A model generated the notes under the pieces. That model saw only the letters and a list, made by a program, of their open reading frames with translations, was not told where the DNA came from and ran no database searches. A DNA stretch of 41,585 bases from Nitrosopumilus sp. (GTDB lineage Archaea; Thermoproteota; Nitrososphaeria; Nitrososphaerales; Nitrosopumilaceae). The stretch is from contig CBDCNE010000001.1 of assembly GCA_965219345.1 (NCBI GenBank), forward strand, positions 1-41,585. The letters are read 5' to 3'. The position numbers and the translations under genes are program-made. Of the stretch, positions 35,693 through 41,585 are shown one piece after another. Every line of letters begins with the position of its first letter. Within the stretch, counting starts at the first letter, position 1.

Positions 35693-36778
35693 TTAGTTAC
35701 TCGCTACTGCATTAGGATCTTTAAATTCAGCATCTTCAGAAGGTGCCACTTTGTAAGCTCCGCCGTCTGTGACTGCAGTTATTGCAAGAAAAACACACTG
35801 ATCAATATGTCTTAATCGCCCTAACATTCTTCTAAGATACATGTATTTATCCCCGTATAGCTCATGATCGCTACCTACTTCTTGAGCATCTGTTCCCGCT
35901 ACTGGACCTCTACATAACCCGTCTGTGTGAAAGAATGCTACATACTCTCCACTCAAATTTAGTTTAGTTTGTCCTGCACCAGCAGCATCATTGCTCGCTT
36001 TACTTACATCTAGCTGTTTACTAGCAGTATTGTAAATAGGATTGACTCGTCTATGAGACCTAGCAACTCCTGTATAGATGAATTTAAATCCCATATATGA
36101 ATCAACTTCACCTCTCACAAGTGCTTTTATAGTATTAGTATCCGAATTTCTGATTTCAGATATATTTAACAGGTCTTGCAAGTTACCTGGTGCTAGAGCA
36201 CAAGTTAAGTTCTCTGGTCCTGCCGTGTATTCGTCAAGTCCTACTTCTTGTACAGTGAAAAAGCTTTTAGCTCTAATCAAAGTATCTAGATTAAGTTTAG
36301 CCAAGGCAGTATTTCCTGCGTTAGATATTACATAAGTATTTGCATCTGGTAAATCTCCCGCCGAGAATACCTTAGCAGTACTTCCACTTTCCACTTGAGC
36401 CCAAGCTCCTACCAAAGTAAATTCAGTTTTAAATCGATTAAAGCTGTACATTGCCACCCTCGAGTAATGTGCCATTGTATCTTTATTCAATCTTGTCTGA
36501 TCGTCCAACGAAAACCCATTTGACCATATGAATTTTTTTCTCTTCTCTCTTCTTACAATTAGAGAAGGTTGTAGATAAATAAATTTGTAAACTTTTTTAT
36601 CTATGTCATAGTCAAATTGATGCCCATCAGATTGATTTCCTGTGTCAAACTCTTGATGTGCTCCGCCAAAACTAGTCTCTAAAACTCGTCCGGCAAGTCT
36701 ATCAGTCGTTTGCTGAGGAAGCTCTTTAATAGTATCAGAAAACATGACTTTTAAAGTTTTGTCTATATTTTGTGGCAT
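35693..36778 (-). CDS. Major capsid protein
   Basis: 361 aa; QDLLNISEIRNSDTNTIKALVRGEVDSYMGFKFI is a typical podovirus capsid segment; follows the scaffold gene. Confidence 0.88.
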   Translation of the reverse strand: MPQNIDKTLKVMFSDTIKELPQQTTDRLAGRVLETSFGGAHQEFDTGNQSDGHQFDYDIDKKVYKFIYLQPSLIVRREKRKKFIWSNGFSLDDQTRLNKDTMAHYSRVAMYSFNRFKTEFTLVGAWAQVESGSTAKVFSAGDLPDANTYVISNAGNTALAKLNLDTLIRAKSFFTVQEVGLDEYTAGPENLTCALAPGNLQDLLNISEIRNSDTNTIKALVRGEVDSYMGFKFIYTGVARSHRRVNPIYNTASKQLDVSKASNDAAGAGQTKLNLSGEYVAFFHTDGLCRGPVAGTDAQEVGSDHELYGDKYMYLRRMLGRLRHIDQCVFLAITAVTDGGAYKVAPSEDAEFKDPNAVASN

Positions 36779-36898
36779 TTTTGCCTCCTTTATTTTTATA
36801 TTTTTATTCTTATTGGCACCCTATTCTTTACCCTAAAAGGAGAATATGTTGTTATCCATCTTAAGAGAAACACATAAAATAAAGTTTGTCAACCCGCA

Positions 36899-37825
36899 TT
36901 AGTCAAAAACATTAGGGTCTTGTTTTAATTTCCAAACCTTCCAATTCTTATAAGCTACATTGTGTTGGTCTGGAGTAAGTCCAGGGTCTGATAGAGCTTG
37001 AGTCCATTTCTTGATTTCAGCACTTATTACATCTGGATTGTTTTTAACGTCTAAACCGTTTCTTTCAGTTCTCAAATCTCTTATAGTATTGTCGTCCATT
37101 ATAGTCTTTCCTACATTGACTAATAATTTCAACATCCCAGGCATCTGGTCAACTCCTGCTTTTATAAATTCTTTCTGGTCATTCACATCTAAAAATCTAT
37201 GAAATATCTTCTCGGCAAATTTCTGATTAGATGTGAACTCATCTGGGCCCCAATCTCTTTGAAGTTCCTCAAAGGCTTCAGCTCTCTTTTTCCTTGAAGC
37301 AATATCGTCATCGTGTCTAGCCAATCGATTTGTATTGTCTAAAAATTTAATAATTTTATTAGCTTGTTTTTTTGTAAGTCCTGCATCTTTAAAGGACTTT
37401 TTAAGCTCAAGCATATTTTTCCCATCATAAGGAGTTACTTCTTTCTGGTCTTTATCTTTTAATCCATACTCATTGATGTCATCTGGCCTGCCAAGAGACT
37501 TATAAAAAGCATCCCATTCACTTTCTGGAGCGTCTTTATCTGGTTTAGAAATTCCCTTTCTACTGCTAGATAAATACTCCTCAAGCTCTCTGTACGACTT
37601 CAAAAGTCCAGCAGGAGACTTAAACTTCTTAGCGGTTTCTTGAAGCACTGGGTCGATGTCTTTGTACCATTCTTCTCCTCCTGGTTCTTCTTCCTTAGCC
37701 TTTATTAGTGGGTCATCAGGCTTAGGTAGATTTTTTTCTAGGGCTTTCCGAGTTGTCTCCTCTTCGACCTTTTTAGTTCCAGCTAAGAAACTGTGGTTTA
37801 ATACTTCATCTACTGAACTTGGCAT
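36899..37825 (-). CDS. Capsid scaffolding protein
   Basis: KFKSPAGLLKSYRELE...WDAFYKSLGRPDD..Y, AGLTKKQA, LQRDWG. Confidence 0.85.
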   Translation of the reverse strand: MPSSVDEVLNHSFLAGTKKVEEETTRKALEKNLPKPDDPLIKAKEEEPGGEEWYKDIDPVLQETAKKFKSPAGLLKSYRELEEYLSSSRKGISKPDKDAPESEWDAFYKSLGRPDDINEYGLKDKDQKEVTPYDGKNMLELKKSFKDAGLTKKQANKIIKFLDNTNRLARHDDDIASRKKRAEAFEELQRDWGPDEFTSNQKFAEKIFHRFLDVNDQKEFIKAGVDQMPGMLKLLVNVGKTIMDDNTIRDLRTERNGLDVKNNPDVISAEIKKWTQALSDPGLTPDQHNVAYKNWKVWKLKQDPNVFD

Positions 37826-37836
37826 ATTTCCTCCTT

Positions 37837-38064
37837 TTAATCTTCAGACGATTCGATTTCGTTCTCTTGTTTTATTCTTACTTCTGAAATAAATTCCTCT
37901 AATGTCCTATCAGCAATTTCACAAACTTTATGCAAAAAATTAGAGGTATTGTCGTTGTCAATTATACTTTCTAAAGCTACTCTTCTAACTCTTGGAAGGC
38001 TTAGAAAATTATTTATAATGTCTCTCTCCTGCTGTTCAGGATAATACTCTAAAATTTTCCACAT
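37837..38064 (-). CDS. Small hypothetical protein between portal and scaffold
   Basis: 75-aa ORF packed between both neighbours. Confidence 0.7.
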   Translation of the reverse strand: MWKILEYYPEQQERDIINNFLSLPRVRRVALESIIDNDNTSNFLHKVCEIADRTLEEFISEVRIKQENEIESSED

Positions 38065-38065
38065 A

Positions 38066-39778
38066 TTAAACTTCGGCCTCTCTGGTCGTATCAGAAACTG
38101 CTTTCAATCCTTCTCCCATGTCCCTTGCACCTTTGGCCTCTTCTCTATCTGTCTTAGCTCTCATATCTCTTTTCATCATTTCTATCTCTTCCTCTAAAGC
38201 TTCTTGCTTAGCTTCTGAAATAGCTTGAAATGTTTCCTCATCATGAAAAGAATTAAATGGTAAGTCTAGTAAGTCCCAAAGGGAGTTAAGAACATTTATA
38301 TAATTCATTCTGTCTTTTATTTTAGGTTCTTGTGTCGATAGTACTTGCACTACATCTAATCCTCTTATAAAATTCTCAATGGTCTTCATTTTATTTACCA
38401 TAGCAATCTCACTTGTCAACCGTACTCGATACTTCAAGTCAGAAAGAATTTCAAATTGCTCCTCTAAGCCGTACTCTTCTCTTCTCTTGTACAGTTCTTC
38501 AGTTACAAACTCTACAATAGGCTTCAAAGTTTCTTTCTCAAGACCGCTCACAATAGGCTGAAGTACTCTCAAAGAAGAAAGGGAATTTTCAGCCACTGCC
38601 TTTGCTGTTTCATATTGGCCTCTTGTTATGTTGAGTTCCATATCAAAGAAAATTTCTTTTATCATTTGCTGATGCTTAAAGAAGAAGTCAAAAATAATGT
38701 CATATCTGAAATCAGTTAGAGGAACTATACGCTCACCTTTTTTCTGGTCAACGGGGTTTAGAGTTCCAGGATTAGAAGAATATTTTTTTATAGTTCTTCT
38801 ATTCGCTGGTACTTCCATAGCGGGGTCTACGGCTTTCTCTGCTGATAAAAGAGTGGCTTTGGCTATTCTTTGTTGTGACTTTAAGTTAGGAAGTGCAATG
38901 GTTCCTTGGCCCATTCCATAAGGAAGCTGTGCCATTTTAGGACCTCTCATTACTCCGTATGGAGATTGCATAGTTTTTGTTTCTTTTAATATCTTTCCTT
39001 CCTCGTCATCCAGTATATGAACAGAATGAAACTTAGGAGTTCTTGGATTTTTAGACCTTAGTGCTGTATGGGATATAGGATAGACGTGATGGATAATATC
39101 AAACTTTTGGTTCATATTTGATTTCTTATAAGCATCCCATATAGATTTAGAAAAATCAGTCTCTACATTTTTCTCATTGATTTCTTTATTAGGGTCTAAA
39201 TACATATTTATTATTTGATATGCAGTTAAAGGCGTTTTTCTCCAGTAAGAAGTTACTTCGCCATTAGCATCTTCCGCCCAGTACATATCATAAACATTGA
39301 TAGAAAGAAAAGATAATATTTCATCTCTGATACCTTCCCCCATAAAAAAACAAGCATTTCCTATAGAGGAAAAATCTAGCAAACATTCATTTATATTTTT
39401 ATAAAACCTAGTGTTGTCTAGTTCTTCCAGTATCCTTCTAGTAACTCCGTCTAAAGCTTGTCTGAAATTTACATCGTTTCTTTGCTCATCATTGTATGGA
39501 ATTAAAGAGAACCATTTGCTTTTTGAATTGACTAAAAATGTAGCTAATGAGCTAGCTAGTTTTAAAGTTTGTGTTACTCCTACAGAGTCATACAAATAAT
39601 AAAGATTGGTCCAGCTTTCTTGTATTTTTGAAGAAATAGAATTTGAAAATCTATTGTAGTAGTCACTCTTCTGCACACAAGTATAGTCTTGAGTAGCAGA
39701 CCATAGGCTTCTAGCCGTTGTATGTTCAGTTTCTAACTGCTTCTGCTCTTGTATTATTTGTAATGCTGTTTTTCTCAT
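38066..39778 (-). CDS. Portal (head-tail connector) protein
   Basis: YDSVG...LASSL...SKWFSL, FYKNINECLLDFSSIGNAC, PYGMGQG..ALP, EKAVDP, ETAKAV. Confidence 0.92.
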   Translation of the reverse strand: MRKTALQIIQEQKQLETEHTTARSLWSATQDYTCVQKSDYYNRFSNSISSKIQESWTNLYYLYDSVGVTQTLKLASSLATFLVNSKSKWFSLIPYNDEQRNDVNFRQALDGVTRRILEELDNTRFYKNINECLLDFSSIGNACFFMGEGIRDEILSFLSINVYDMYWAEDANGEVTSYWRKTPLTAYQIINMYLDPNKEINEKNVETDFSKSIWDAYKKSNMNQKFDIIHHVYPISHTALRSKNPRTPKFHSVHILDDEEGKILKETKTMQSPYGVMRGPKMAQLPYGMGQGTIALPNLKSQQRIAKATLLSAEKAVDPAMEVPANRRTIKKYSSNPGTLNPVDQKKGERIVPLTDFRYDIIFDFFFKHQQMIKEIFFDMELNITRGQYETAKAVAENSLSSLRVLQPIVSGLEKETLKPIVEFVTEELYKRREEYGLEEQFEILSDLKYRVRLTSEIAMVNKMKTIENFIRGLDVVQVLSTQEPKIKDRMNYINVLNSLWDLLDLPFNSFHDEETFQAISEAKQEALEEEIEMMKRDMRAKTDREEAKGARDMGEGLKAVSDTTREAEV

Positions 39779-40200
39779 TCAAGTTTACTTCCTAGTAATA
39801 CTTCCCTTAAAGTTTCCGTAGCTTTTTGTCTAGCTACAAACAAAGGACTAGCTTGAGAAGCCGAGCCTACAGCTAAATCTCCTAATTGGCCTACATATTT
39901 TCTTTTTATTGCAGAGTATATACTAGTCTTATATGATGAAGAAGCTAAACCTCCATAAATTGCACCGCCTATCACTCCGCCTATGATGGTTGAAGCTGCC
40001 AGACCAAAAAAACTACCTCTTTTCACATTTCTAGAAGTTCTTGCTAATTGTTTTCTTGCCTGTTGAGCCTTTCCTGCTAAGTCTTGATAAGTAAATATAT
40101 CAATTAGCCCTCCTTGAAAAGATGAGTCTATACGAGACTCTATAGCATCTATATCAAGACCTGAAAAATCTAAACTAGAAAGTAGTTGATCATCTTCCAT
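39775..40200 (-). CDS. Hypothetical protein with Gly-rich hydrophobic segment
   Basis: Likely start MEDDQLL at 40200, just after the terL stop; ends LREVLLG, as is typical of pre-portal proteins. Confidence 0.65.
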   Translation of the reverse strand: MEDDQLLSSLDFSGLDIDAIESRIDSSFQGGLIDIFTYQDLAGKAQQARKQLARTSRNVKRGSFFGLAASTIIGGVIGGAIYGGLASSSYKTSIYSAIKRKYVGQLGDLAVGSASQASPLFVARQKATETLREVLLGSKLE

Positions 40201-40201
40201 A

Positions 40202-41585
40202 CTAATATCCTGTATTCGGAAGTGACTCAAAAATATCTCCTGAGCCACCTCCACCGTACTCACTATAAATGATCTCATCTATGTCGTCAAGTGCCATTGC
40301 AAGATATGTAAAAGCATCAGCCCCGTGAGAATGGACATCATGTCTAGGTTTATCAATAAATATTTTATTCATTTCATCCCATGTTTTACTGTACTCTTGA
40401 AGAGCTATGATGCCTAAATTACACTTGTTTCTGTCAAAAAAACAATTTGATAGGCTCGACCTCGCTCTGTCTATTCGTGTTTTTTTAAGCACTCTAGGAA
40501 GTACTACAACATCATTACAAAGATTTGTTTTTCGTATCTCCTCTGCTGGAGTAGTTACAAATCGGTTAGATTCACCATCCCACGGCAAGAAAATTGTATG
40601 ATAATTGTAGGCTAGTTTTCTAAGTTCAGATATTACTGTGTAAATATCCATATCCGAGTATGCTTGATAGTCAATTAAACGATTAGAACCATCATAGTTT
40701 TTTTGTAAGAACCAAACAGCGGTCAAATCAGTAGCTCTTGACTTTCCACTAGCTACTCCTCCTATATCAAAGACTGGAAAAACTGGTCTTTCAGGCATGT
40801 AGTATATGTTTGTTATTCTTCCCTCTAGCTCACAATCGTGCATTTGAGTATAGAAATATTTATCGCCTCCAGAAGCACCGAACATACACTCATATTCTTG
40901 GTTCCAGTAGTCTTGACCTACTTGCCGTATAATCACTTCTTTTTCCTCATCTGAAATATGCTTAGTTAACCTTGCACGAGTTAAAAATGCATAGTAATTA
41001 GGGTCTCCGTCTTTCATTTGTCTCATATATTCCACATGATCTTTATACACGTGGTTTCTTCCTCTAACAGTTCCTGTTTTTACACACCATCCTTTGTGAA
41101 AAGGGTCGGCAAGAGAAGGAGAAAACACTTCTTTGAATATCCAGTCTGGGTTTTGTGCGTTCTCATCTAGTATGAGGCCATCTAAGTACCCGCCTTTTAA
41201 GTCTAATGGTCTTTCTAAGCCCCAGATATAGAACTTTATTAGCCTTGTACGCCCTGTTTTAGGGTTATTTTCAGCTATTGTTATGGTATTTGTAGCCTCA
41301 TTTTTCTTAAATCCCGGGATATGCTGCAGTCGTCTAATGTATTCATCCCATACATTCCTTCTAGATTGTTTTAAAGTAGGAGATGCGTAGGCATACCTTA
41401 ATTCCTCCAAATCCTGCCGTAGAAAGAACTTTACTAAAGCCCTGTCTATCTGCATATTCACATATTTTATTGTCTTACCGTAGCGTCTAGGCTCAATAGA
41501 CTGTATTTCTCGCTTAAGTTCACCCTGAGGCTTTACAACTTTAAGAAAAAAGGCTCTTTGATGGGGAAATGGTTGAAAACAAGTA
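40202..41585 (-). CDS. terL: Terminase large subunit
   Basis: The frame is open to the window end and contains Walker A RRYGKT upstream of the tracked GTG; Walker B LILDE, QEYEC, FDIG, HGADAFTY. Confidence 0.95.
   Translation of the reverse strand, partial: TCFQPFPHQRAFFLKVVKPQGELKREIQSIEPRRYGKTIKYVNMQIDRALVKFFLRQDLEELRYAYASPTLKQSRRNVWDEYIRRLQHIPGFKKNEATNTITIAENNPKTGRTRLIKFYIWGLERPLDLKGGYLDGLILDENAQNPDWIFKEVFSPSLADPFHKGWCVKTGTVRGRNHVYKDHVEYMRQMKDGDPNYYAFLTRARLTKHISDEEKEVIIRQVGQDYWNQEYECMFGASGGDKYFYTQMHDCELEGRITNIYYMPERPVFPVFDIGGVASGKSRATDLTAVWFLQKNYDGSNRLIDYQAYSDMDIYTVISELRKLAYNYHTIFLPWDGESNRFVTTPAEEIRKTNLCNDVVVLPRVLKKTRIDRARSSLSNCFFDRNKCNLGIIALQEYSKTWDEMNKIFIDKPRHDVHSHGADAFTYLAMALDDIDEIIYSEYGGGGSGDIFESLPNTGY

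Noticed and set aside
36860-36892. Sigma70 promoter upstream of the capsid gene
   Set aside because: TTGACA is present on the - strand (36887..36892) but there is no credible -10 box at 16-18 nt.
1-41585. Integrase/att site, phage RNA polymerase, tRNA genes
   Set aside because: No recombinase or RNAP motifs in any ORF and no cloverleaf recognised by eye; tRNAscan was not run.
1-41585. Stop-codon reassignment
   Set aside because: Long genes are intact and tightly packed under the standard code; the breaks seen are frameshifts, not in-frame stops.

Overview
The window reads as an essentially complete, circularly permuted ~41.6 kb AT-rich podovirus-type phage genome. The terL reading frame runs in frame across the window end/start junction. 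The + strand (~1.7-15.7 kb) carries small early genes, an XRE regulator, an AEP primase-SF3 helicase, an SNF2 helicase, an array of small accessory genes, an SSB-like protein, a family A DNA polymerase split into exonuclease and polymerase genes, a VRR-NUC nuclease and an M15 endolysin. The - strand carries terS, terL, portal, scaffold, capsid, tail tubular A/B, three ejection-type proteins, two T7-gp17-N-like adaptors, a 1889-aa fibre and a membrane/lysis cluster. No integrase, RNA polymerase, reverse transcriptase, CRISPR array or tRNA was recognised. Most notable: (1) the giant fibre has a Sec-type signal peptide and lacks the virion-anchor domain, which sits in two separate upstream genes, and its beta-propellers are inserted into a repeated shaft module present in empty and filled forms; (2) four Xis/HTH_17-like paralogs, two bracketed by a dual-coded 18-bp direct repeat; (3) a first early acidic gene broken by an 11-bp duplication; (4) two apparent +1 slips in terS; (5) a possible pseudo-endolysin. 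All calls come from reading motifs by eye; no database search was run.
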